NCBI GenBank assembly: GCA_035293045.1
Contig: DATDOY010000248.1
Location: 1 to 42,842, forward strand
DNA length: 42,842 nucleotides
Source: Acidimicrobiia bacterium
Lineage (GTDB): Bacteria; Actinomycetota; Acidimicrobiia; IMCC26256; JACPCJ01
Direction of reading: 5' to 3'
The first letter of the stretch is position 1, and every line of letters starts with the position of its first letter. Shown piece after piece: positions 27,393 to 35,213 of this stretch. The translations under genes were made by a program, and so were the position numbers. Below the pieces are notes generated by a model. It was given only the letters and a program-made list of their open reading frames with translations. It did no database searches and was not told where the DNA came from.

Positions 27393-28721
27393 TCAGATGG
27401 CGGCGCGAAAGACCTGCCAGGAACCCGGGACGCCTTTCAGCTCCCGGGTTCCCTGGTCTTCGAAGGCGATCTCGGATCCGGTGAGCAGCACCGGGACGCT
27501 GGCAGACACGTAGATCTCGCCTGGGCCGGCCTCGGCCATGACTCGCGCTGCGATGTGCACCGCGATCCCACCGAGATCGTCGCCGCGCTTGTCGACCTCA
27601 CCCGTGTGAATGCCCGCCCGGATGGTGAGACCGGCGCTAGAAAGCACGTCGCGGAGCTCGGCCGCGCATTGGACCGCCCGACCGGGACTGTCGAACGACG
27701 CCATGAGTCCGTCGCCCGTAGCCTTCACGAGACGGCCGTCAAAGCGATCAAGCGCGCGGCGGATGAGGTCGTCGTGGGTGTCGAGGAGTTCCCTCCACCG
27801 GCGATCACCGAGGGTCGCGGCGCGGTCGGTGGACCCGACGATGTCGGTGAAGAGGACAGTGGTGAGGACGCGATCGACGCGAGCCTCTCGACCCTCTCCT
27901 CCGAGGAACCGATCGATCTCGTCGAGGATCTCATCCACGTTGCCCGAGTAGGGGAGGTGGTCGCCGCCCGCGAGCTCGACGTAGGTCGCCCCCGGAATCC
28001 GCTCGGCGAGGTAGCGACCTTGCGATGCCGGCGTGACCAGGTCGTCCCGGCGCTGCAGTACCAGGGTGGGGACGCTGACCTCCGCCACGACGTCTCGCAG
28101 GTCGGGCGTGATCATCGCCTCCCAAATCCGTCCGGCGACGCGAGGGCTGGCCCCTCGGCGCCCGGCCGTGTCGAACCAATTGCGGAAGCGGGAGTCGTCG
28201 GCGTGACTTGGTGCCACGATGGCCACGGTGTCCCGTGGACCTTCCCCGCCGTCGAGCACTTGGTCGAAGCCATCGCTGAGCGAAGCCGGGATCCCGGCCG
28301 GATAATCGGGTGCCTGGAAGAACCGTGCATAGGCGTGCACCAGCGCAAGCGCGGTGACGCGGTCGGCGTTGCGGCTTCCCAGGACCAAGGCAGGAAGGCC
28401 CGCGTCGAAGAATCCGACGATGGCGCACCGAGTCGACCCCGCGGCGTCGAGGACGGCGAGGAGATCATCTGCTTGCTCTTCGGGGCTCAGCGTGTCGTCT
28501 GGGCCGAGCGGATCGGACTGTCCGACCCCACGACGGTCGAAGAGGATCAAGCGACCCAGAGACTCGAGCCTGCGGACGATGCGAGCCGTGTTCGGATGCT
28601 CGTCGAGGCTGTCCATGGGCAGCGTCGCGCCCTGAAGCAGGACGAGGTCACGGTCGCCCTGCCCGCGAACCTCGTACGCAAGGTGCGTGTCGCCGTTCTT
28701 CGCGTACCGCGTTTCACCCAT
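27393..28721 (-). CDS. alpha/beta-hydrolase domain fused to a class III adenylate/guanylate cyclase domain (LipJ-like architecture)
   Basis: 442 aa. The N-terminal ~280 aa is alpha/beta-hydrolase-like (LFDRRGVGQSD, VGFFDAG). The C-terminal part carries VLFTDIVGSTD, KATGDGLMASF, RAGIHTGEV and GGIAVHIAARV cyclase motifs. Confidence 0.85.
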   Translation of the reverse strand: MGETRYAKNGDTHLAYEVRGQGDRDLVLLQGATLPMDSLDEHPNTARIVRRLESLGRLILFDRRGVGQSDPLGPDDTLSPEEQADDLLAVLDAAGSTRCAIVGFFDAGLPALVLGSRNADRVTALALVHAYARFFQAPDYPAGIPASLSDGFDQVLDGGEGPRDTVAIVAPSHADDSRFRNWFDTAGRRGASPRVAGRIWEAMITPDLRDVVAEVSVPTLVLQRRDDLVTPASQGRYLAERIPGATYVELAGGDHLPYSGNVDEILDEIDRFLGGEGREARVDRVLTTVLFTDIVGSTDRAATLGDRRWRELLDTHDDLIRRALDRFDGRLVKATGDGLMASFDSPGRAVQCAAELRDVLSSAGLTIRAGIHTGEVDKRGDDLGGIAVHIAARVMAEAGPGEIYVSASVPVLLTGSEIAFEDQGTRELKGVPGSWQVFRAAI

Positions 28722-28748
28722 GCGGGCGCCAGTTTGCCGGAATCTCGT

Positions 28749-28795
28749 GTCTGTGGCGCGTTAGCGGGGGCAGAGCCCGGTAACGCGCCACAGAC
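28749..28795. repeat. 47-nt palindromic repeat element, copy 2 (inverted relative to copy 1)
   Basis: GTCTGTGGCGCGTTA, 17 nt, TAACGCGCCACAGAC. All 15 arm positions pair. Located in the divergent spacer between the cyclase gene and rnj. Confidence 0.75.
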
Positions 28796-28862
28796 GTGGG
28801 CGCGCGGGGCTGGTGCCGCCCTGATCTGACGGCGCCGGCGCCGCGCGGGCTACGTTCCGCCT

Positions 28863-30530
28863 ATGGCTGAACCCACCACGCGCGTCACGTTCCTCGGCGG
28901 CCTCGGCGACATCGGTCGCAACTGCGCCGCCATCGAGGTCGACGGCCGGATCCTCCTCCTCGACATCGGGCTCATGTTTCCCGGCCCCGAGATGCCGGGA
29001 GTCGATCTCGTCCTTCCCCAGCTGAGCTGGCTGCGGGAGCGGGCCGATCGCATCGATGGGATCCTCCTCACCCACGCCCACGAAGACCACACGGGGGGAT
29101 TGGCGTTCCTCCTGCGTGAACTCGGCGATCGGCGGATCCCCGTCTACAGCGCCGAGCTGACCCTCCAAATGGCGAGCGGGCGCCTCGAGGAGGCGGGGGT
29201 CATGGATCGGGCCGAGATGATCCCCGTGGCCGACGGCGAGCGCCGCCGGATCGGTCCGGCCGAAGCCACTTTCGTGCCGGTCACCCATTCGGTGCCACAC
29301 GGGTTTGCCATCGCCATCGACACGCCCGCGGGACGAATCCTTCACTCGGGCGACTTCAAGCTCGACCCGACGCCCGTGGACGGTCGCCTGACCGACCTCG
29401 GTCTTCTCGGCGCCCTCGCCGAAGACGGCGTCGATCTGTTTCTCTCCGACTCCACCAACGCCGACGAGCCGGGCAGCACACCTTCGGAGACGACCGTGGG
29501 CGCGGAGATGGACAAGCTCTTCGCGCAGTACGACGGCAAGCGGATCATCGCCGCGTGCTTTTCGTCGCACCTGCACCGCATCCAGCAGATCGCGCAGGCG
29601 GCGCTGGATTCGGGGCGCACGATCGCCTTCCTGGGTCGCTCGATGGGGCGCAACGTCGACCTCGGTCGCCGGATCGGGTTGCTCCACATTCCCGAGTCGC
29701 GCGTCGTCGACATCGCGGACGCGCACAAGTTCGATCCCGGCGACCTCTGCGTGATCTGCACGGGCTCGCAGGGTGAGCCCCTGTCGGCCCTCGCCCTCAT
29801 GGCGGCGCGCGAGAGCCGGTTCGTCCAGGTGGGTCCCGACGACGTCATCATCCTCTCGGCCCACGCCATCCCGGGCAACGAGGCCAACGTCAACCGAATC
29901 ATCAACGGCTTTTTTCGCCTCGGAGCCGAGGTGGTCCACCCCGGGGTCGCGCCGGTGCACGTGTCGGGACACGCGTGTCGGGACGAACTCCTCGAAGTGC
30001 TCGACCTTGTCCGACCGAAAGCCCTCGTGCCCGTCCACGGCGAGTTCCGTCACCTCGTCAGCCACGCCCGGCTCGGCCGGCAGGCCGGGGTCGGATCCAT
30101 CGAGGTGTGCGAAGACGGCGATTCGGCGGTGCTCACCCCGGACGGCCTGCGTGTGGAAAAGGCGACGGCGCCATCCGGATACCTCTTCGTCCACGGTGTG
30201 GTGGGGGATGTTGGCGAAGGGGTCCTGCGTGACCGGCGCGTTCTCAGCGAAGAAGGCGTGGTCGTGGTGTTCGTGACGGTCGACGCGCACTCGGGCGAAA
30301 TCGTGACGGGCCCCGAGATCGTGACTCGGGGATGGGTCTACGCTCCCGAGGCCGAGCACATTCTCGTGGAGGCCGAGGAGGCCGTTCGCAAGTCGATCGC
30401 CGCCGCTGCTGCGGAGGGGGCTATCGACCCCGAGACCCTTCGCCGCCACGCCCGCCAGGCGCTCCGTGACGTGATCCGCGAGCGCACGCGCCGCCGCCCC
30501 ATCGTGATCCCAGTGGTGCTCGAGGTCTGA
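28863..30530 (+). CDS. rnj: ribonuclease J
   Basis: 555 aa. MAEPTTRVTFLGGLGDIGRNC, metallo-beta-lactamase motif HAHEDHTGG, beta-CASP and C-terminal domains. Confidence 0.95.
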   Translation: MAEPTTRVTFLGGLGDIGRNCAAIEVDGRILLLDIGLMFPGPEMPGVDLVLPQLSWLRERADRIDGILLTHAHEDHTGGLAFLLRELGDRRIPVYSAELTLQMASGRLEEAGVMDRAEMIPVADGERRRIGPAEATFVPVTHSVPHGFAIAIDTPAGRILHSGDFKLDPTPVDGRLTDLGLLGALAEDGVDLFLSDSTNADEPGSTPSETTVGAEMDKLFAQYDGKRIIAACFSSHLHRIQQIAQAALDSGRTIAFLGRSMGRNVDLGRRIGLLHIPESRVVDIADAHKFDPGDLCVICTGSQGEPLSALALMAARESRFVQVGPDDVIILSAHAIPGNEANVNRIINGFFRLGAEVVHPGVAPVHVSGHACRDELLEVLDLVRPKALVPVHGEFRHLVSHARLGRQAGVGSIEVCEDGDSAVLTPDGLRVEKATAPSGYLFVHGVVGDVGEGVLRDRRVLSEEGVVVVFVTVDAHSGEIVTGPEIVTRGWVYAPEAEHILVEAEEAVRKSIAAAAAEGAIDPETLRRHARQALRDVIRERTRRRPIVIPVVLEV

Positions 30531-30656
30531 GTCCTCACATCGCTTAGCGCCCACCGGCTAGCCCGTTGGGGCGTTGTCGGTTGACCGGCCGTGACTCCTC
30601 GGGTGTACTGGGGCACGGAGCGTGGTCGAATCCGGCAATCAAATGGGGGAGCACCG

Positions 30657-31535
30657 GTGGTGAGGTGGGCTCGGATACGCGGAGCCGCGTCCGCTGCTCC
30701 GCCGACGGGTGGTGCTCGCGTGCCGATGGCCGTCGCCGTGAGTGTGGTGTTGGTTGGGGGACTCGTGGCGTCGAGCGCGCAGCTCGCCGAGCGCATCCCC
30801 GAGACCCTCGCCATCGCCGGCCCCTCCTCGGGCACACGGCTGGTGCGAAGTGGGTTGGGGAACCTCCTGAGCCCGCGGCACGCGTTCACACCACTCGCCC
30901 CCGCTTTCCTCGGGCGCGTGCTGGGAGCCGATGGCTCCGCCTTTCTCGGCGGCGCGGGACGCCCGGAAGGGGATGGATCGGGGGCGGGCAGCGCTCCCCG
31001 ACGAGGGCCGGCTCCCACCAGACAGGCGGCGCCCACCACCACGACCACGACAAGCGCGCGGCTCGTGGGATCGATTGGGCCGGCTCCGGTGCCGCGGTTC
31101 TCCGATCTCACCGTCGCGATGGACGCCGATCGAGAATCCGTCGCCGCCGGCGAGCACATCTTGTACACGGTGCTCGTGACCAACGTGGGGACGGCCGAGT
31201 TCCTCGGCGAGTTGCGCATCGATGCTCATCACCCCTTCGGGACGACGGATGCCACGTCCCCGTGCGGGGATGCGCCGGTCGATCCCGACCCTGACGAGCC
31301 CTGCGTTGGTGTGCCCGCACCGGTGCCCGGCACGCCTGACGAGTCCGTTCACACGGTGGGGTTCTCGTATGGCGGGCGCATCGAGCGCGGTCATTCGATC
31401 GAGTTCTCGTTTCGCGTTCGCGTGAACCCCGGCACCCCGGCGGGGTCCGAGATCCGCAACCATGCACATCTGGACGTGACCGGCGACGGGAAGCCAGCGA
31501 CAACGTCCAACACGACCACGGTCCGTGTGCGATGA
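30657..31535 (+). CDS. secreted/membrane-anchored protein with DUF11-like (conserved repeat, Ig-like) domain
   Basis: Lies within ORF 30591..31535. GTG at 30657 is preceded by GGGGGAG. Hydrophobic signal/anchor MAVAVSVVLVGGLVASSA, a Pro/Gly/Thr linker, then SVAAGEHILYTVLVTNVGTAEF...FSFRVRVNPGTPAGSEIRNHAHL. Its stop overlaps the kinase start (ATGA). Confidence 0.6.
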   Translation: MVRWARIRGAASAAPPTGGARVPMAVAVSVVLVGGLVASSAQLAERIPETLAIAGPSSGTRLVRSGLGNLLSPRHAFTPLAPAFLGRVLGADGSAFLGGAGRPEGDGSGAGSAPRRGPAPTRQAAPTTTTTTSARLVGSIGPAPVPRFSDLTVAMDADRESVAAGEHILYTVLVTNVGTAEFLGELRIDAHHPFGTTDATSPCGDAPVDPDPDEPCVGVPAPVPGTPDESVHTVGFSYGGRIERGHSIEFSFRVRVNPGTPAGSEIRNHAHLDVTGDGKPATTSNTTTVRVR

Positions 31536-33487
31536 GATTCTCGCGGCGGGCGATCCGATCGCTCACGGCACGGTTCTGGAATCTTGGGTTGATCTGGAAG
31601 CTTCTGATTCCCCTCGTCGCGATGACCGTGACGGTCGGACTCCTCGGGACCTTCTTCACGGTCCGTCACCTGACCGACCAGGCGGAGATCGACCTCGAAC
31701 AGGATCTGTTTCGGCGCTCCGCGGCTGCGCAGGCCGCGGTCCGTGACCTGAGGCTCGAGCTCGCTGATGCGGTCAATTTCGGGGCGAACATTCTGGGCGT
31801 CCCCGACGCGGTCGCGCGCTCCGATGCGTCCGCGGCACAGGAACTGCTGGCGTCGGTGGCCGCCGTTCACAGCGGGGTCGATCTCCTCGTATTCACCGGC
31901 ATTGACGGCACCGGGATCGTGGAAGCGGTTCGGGGTGCGAACGGGCTGAGGATTGGGGTCGGGACCGATTGGGATGCCCCCGAGGTGGGGGAGGACGTCC
32001 TCGCGCGTGCGGGTCCCACCGCTCCGTTGCGAACGGGGTTCGTGAGCGTTGACGGGGCGTGGGTCCTCGCCACGGGCGGCCCCGTCATCCTCGATGGGCG
32101 GGTCGTGGGGACGCTCATCGTCGGCATCGGCGCGGACGCCGTCGCCGAGGCCGCGCAAGAGCGGGCGGCGGCTCCGGTGGAGATCTTCAATCGTGCGCGC
32201 AGCCTGGTGGTTGCCTCGGATGACCAGATCTCCGACCCTGAGCCGCCGGTCGTGTCCGGTGCGGGATTCATCCGCCGCATTGCCAAGGTGGACGGGCGTC
32301 GGACGGCGACGCTGTACGGCCTCCTCGATCTGGGTTCTCAGTCGGTCGGCACCCTCGCGGTGCGCGTACCGACCGGCCCCGCATTCGATGCCGTCGAGGG
32401 CGCCACGACGCGACTTTCCTTGCTGGTGATCTTGGCGATGGCGGGGATCGTGGCCCTGGGCGTCGCCTTCACGCAGGTCATCCTCCGGCAGGTGCGTCCC
32501 CTCGTCGCGGCAAACGAACGACTCGGGCGGGGCGACCTGACGGCGCGTGCACCCGTCCGCGGGCGCGACGAGCTGGGCGAGCTGGCGATGGGTCTGAACC
32601 TCATGGCTGAGCAACTCGAGGCGTCCCAATCCGAACTCGAGATGCAGGTGGCGGCGCGCACGGAGGAACTCGAACGCTTGTTTCGCGACGGCGCGCAACT
32701 CGAAAAGGGACGCGCCGATTTGTTCGTTGAGGTCGCCCACGAGTTCCGCAACCATTTGTTTGCGGTTGCCGGGTTCGCCGAGCTGATGCGGCTCCCGAGC
32801 GGGCCCCCGACCGACCCGGGGTGGGAGCGGGAATACGGAACTGTGATCGGTCAGGCCGTCGAGCGGATGCGCACCCGCGTCGACCAGTTGCTGGATCTCG
32901 CGGGGGCGGAAGCACCGGAGACCGCGTTTGACTTCGAGGAGGTTGCACCGGCCGAGTTCGTCGGCGAGCTTCGAGGGACGATGGTGGCGCTGGCCCGACG
33001 CGGCGAGATCGATCTGGCGGTGAGCCTGGCCGATGACCTTCCGGTCGTGCGCGCCGACCGCCGGCGGCTCGAACAGATCGTGATGAACCTCGTCTCGAAC
33101 GCGGTGAAGTACACGCCGCCGCGGGGGCGCATCGGTCTCGAGGTTCGCCGTGAAGGGGAGCGGATCGTGTTCGAGGTCGAGGACACGGGGATCGGCATCC
33201 CCGAAAACGCCGGCGAGCACATCTTCGAGCCCTTCTACCGAGCCAGCGGAAACGTCGCGCAGGGGGGAATCTCGTCGAGCGGGCTCGGCCTCGCGCTCAC
33301 CAAGCGACTCGTCGAGGGCCACGGGGGAACGATCGACTACCGCAGCACGCCCGGTGCAGGGTCCACCTTCACGGTGAAGCTGCCGGTGGCCCGCAAGTCT
33401 CGGGGGTCGCCCGGAGCATCAGAACAGCGCGGCGCCATCCCCGTCGCCCGGGGTGCAGCGCCGGCTCGACGCCCGCGAGACCGATGA
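31532..33487 (+). CDS. sensor histidine kinase with large extracytoplasmic domain, HAMP, HisKA and HATPase_c
   Basis: 651 aa. TM1 LIWKLLIPLVAMTVTVGLLGTFF, a ~270-aa periplasmic domain, TM2 LSLLVILAMAGIVALGVAF. HAMP (RGDLTARAPVRGRDELGELAMGLNLM), H-box VAHEFRNHL, N-box NLVSNAVKYT, G-boxes EDTGIGIP and GLGLALTK. Confidence 0.9.
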   Translation: MRFSRRAIRSLTARFWNLGLIWKLLIPLVAMTVTVGLLGTFFTVRHLTDQAEIDLEQDLFRRSAAAQAAVRDLRLELADAVNFGANILGVPDAVARSDASAAQELLASVAAVHSGVDLLVFTGIDGTGIVEAVRGANGLRIGVGTDWDAPEVGEDVLARAGPTAPLRTGFVSVDGAWVLATGGPVILDGRVVGTLIVGIGADAVAEAAQERAAAPVEIFNRARSLVVASDDQISDPEPPVVSGAGFIRRIAKVDGRRTATLYGLLDLGSQSVGTLAVRVPTGPAFDAVEGATTRLSLLVILAMAGIVALGVAFTQVILRQVRPLVAANERLGRGDLTARAPVRGRDELGELAMGLNLMAEQLEASQSELEMQVAARTEELERLFRDGAQLEKGRADLFVEVAHEFRNHLFAVAGFAELMRLPSGPPTDPGWEREYGTVIGQAVERMRTRVDQLLDLAGAEAPETAFDFEEVAPAEFVGELRGTMVALARRGEIDLAVSLADDLPVVRADRRRLEQIVMNLVSNAVKYTPPRGRIGLEVRREGERIVFEVEDTGIGIPENAGEHIFEPFYRASGNVAQGGISSSGLGLALTKRLVEGHGGTIDYRSTPGAGSTFTVKLPVARKSRGSPGASEQRGAIPVARGAAPARRPRDR

Positions 33488-34647
33488 CGGTCACCGCGGT
33501 GGTCGCCGATGCGGGGAAATCCTCACGCGAGCGCCTGCGCACTGCGCTCCGCGCGGACGGCGCCGTGGAGGTCGTTGCGGAGGTGGCGCAGTGCGACGAA
33601 CTCCGCGATGTCATCCACCGCACCGCGCCCGCGGTCGTCGTGATCGAGGGAGAGATGGCCATCGAGGCCGTTGCCCTCGTGCCCGCACCATGGACCGGGA
33701 GCGACACCGAGGTTCTCGCGCTGATCGACGACGTCGCTGAGCGCGACATCGTGGCGCTCGTCGAGGGGGGTGTCAGGGGATTTGTCCGTCGAGGGTCGAA
33801 CGATCTGGTGCGAGCGACGCTCGCTGTCGCAGCCAGCGAGGTGGCCGTCGACCCGATTCTCGGAGCCCGACTCATGCCGGTACTCCTCCAGGTGAACGCC
33901 GATCGCCTGGCCGCTTCTGCAGCGCTTGAACTGGCGCGCGAATCGCTGGCGGCGCAGATCGGTGAGCTCCTGGAGACCAATGCATCGCTCACGATGGCAC
34001 GCGAGTCGCTGGCGGCCCACCTCGGTGAGATGCTCGACACGTATCGCGAGACGGTGAGGACGTTGGCGGCGGCCGTCGAGCTTCGTGACCCCTACACGGG
34101 GGGTCATATCGAGCGCGTGGCGGCGTACGCGTTGGCGCTTTCACAGGGCTTCGACCCGGTGCCGGCCGACGATCCGTCGGTGCTCGGCTACATGCTGCAC
34201 GACGTCGGGAAGCTCAGCCTTCCCGACGAGGTCCTGTTCAATACCGGGTCCCTGACGCCAGCGCAGTTTGACGTCGTCAAGACCCACACCGTGACCGGTT
34301 CCCGCCTCGTCGACGGCATTCCGTTCTTGCGGCCCGCACTCCACATCGTCCGTAACCATCACGAGCGGTGGGACGGAAAGGGCTATCCGGACGGCCTTGC
34401 CGGGGAAGAGATCCCCTTGATCGTGCGCGTCTTCAGCGTCGCCGATGCCCTCGATGCGATCACCACGGATCGGCCGTATCAGAAGGCCCGCTCATTGGAG
34501 TTCGCGGTGTCCGAGATCACGACGAAAGCGGGCACCCAGTTTGACCCGGTGGTCGCGACCGTGTTCGCGGAAGTCGTGGCGACGGACCCCGCGTTCGAGT
34601 CGCTCCGGCAAGGTCGGCCGGCTGGCCGAGGGGAGGGTGAATCCTAG
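33484..34647 (+). CDS. degenerate receiver domain, coiled-coil linker, HD-GYP domain (putative c-di-GMP phosphodiesterase)
   Basis: 387 aa. N-terminal NarL-like receiver fold with non-canonical residues (VVADAGK, VVVIEGEM). HD-GYP motifs GGHIERVA, LHDVGK and HHERWDGKGYPDGL. Its start overlaps the kinase stop (ATGA). Confidence 0.85.
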   Translation: MTVTAVVADAGKSSRERLRTALRADGAVEVVAEVAQCDELRDVIHRTAPAVVVIEGEMAIEAVALVPAPWTGSDTEVLALIDDVAERDIVALVEGGVRGFVRRGSNDLVRATLAVAASEVAVDPILGARLMPVLLQVNADRLAASAALELARESLAAQIGELLETNASLTMARESLAAHLGEMLDTYRETVRTLAAAVELRDPYTGGHIERVAAYALALSQGFDPVPADDPSVLGYMLHDVGKLSLPDEVLFNTGSLTPAQFDVVKTHTVTGSRLVDGIPFLRPALHIVRNHHERWDGKGYPDGLAGEEIPLIVRVFSVADALDAITTDRPYQKARSLEFAVSEITTKAGTQFDPVVATVFAEVVATDPAFESLRQGRPAGRGEGES

Positions 34648-35018
34648 GAGGCGATCGCGCTCCGGATGGTGGAAAAGAGCTCCCCAACGTCGGTATTGCC
34701 CTTGTAGAAGAAGGCAGCTGCCCCCGCCGCCTCGGCGAGGTGCTCGTTGCGGCGATCCGCGCTCATGATCACGATCGGGTTCATGTACCCGGCGTCCCGG
34801 AGAGGAGCGATGCCGTCGATCCCATTGAGCCCGGGAAGGTTGACGTCGAGGAGGATGACGTCGGGCGACGCTCCGGCGAGCATGTCGAGGAGCTCCTCGG
34901 CCGATCCAACCTGTCCGACGAGAGCGAGATCGTCGGCGCCTTCGATGATGCGGGCGAGGAGTTCGCGGAGGAGATCGTTGTCGTCACACAGAAGGATTGT
35001 GCACACCCGCGTGCCCAT
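34644..35018 (-). CDS. stand-alone response-regulator receiver (CheY-like) protein
   Basis: 124 aa. Canonical residues LLCDDNDL, VILLDVNLPG, IVIMSAD and FFYKG. Its stop shares the palindrome CTAG with the stop of the convergent HD-GYP gene. Confidence 0.85.
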   Translation of the reverse strand: MGTRVCTILLCDDNDLLRELLARIIEGADDLALVGQVGSAEELLDMLAGASPDVILLDVNLPGLNGIDGIAPLRDAGYMNPIVIMSADRRNEHLAEAAGAAAFFYKGNTDVGELFSTIRSAIAS

Positions 35019-35213
35019 GCCCTGACTCTACGCGCCAGATTTGGAAGACGGCTTCGGCGACGCCCGGTGTTGTGCTCGGATTGTGATGCTCGTCCCGGGC
35101 GACGGGCGGTCCTCGTGCACCTGCGCGACGACGAGCGGGACCAAGGGCCGTTCCTCGGGGCCGAAGGTCCCATCGTGCTCAGGTCGGGTGCGTGACCAGT
35201 CGAGTCCCGGTAG

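Noticed and set aside
23779-28795. Whether the two palindromic repeats could be integron attC sites or transposon terminal inverted repeats
   Set aside because: The GTTA/TAAC cores face the loop rather than the outer ends, the opposite of the attC R''/R' layout. No integrase or transposase is present, and the bracketed segment includes the housekeeping gene dapB. I keep it as a repeat family, not a mobile element.
28761-30554. 597-aa ORF on the minus strand
   Set aside because: It is antisense to RNase J, and its composition is artefactual (Arg/Asp/Gly/Val-rich).
30560-30640. tRNA-like T-loop string GGTCGAATCC at 30624-30633
   Set aside because: The flanking bases do not form a T stem (CGTGG versus CGGCA). 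No acceptor, D or anticodon arms can be drawn.
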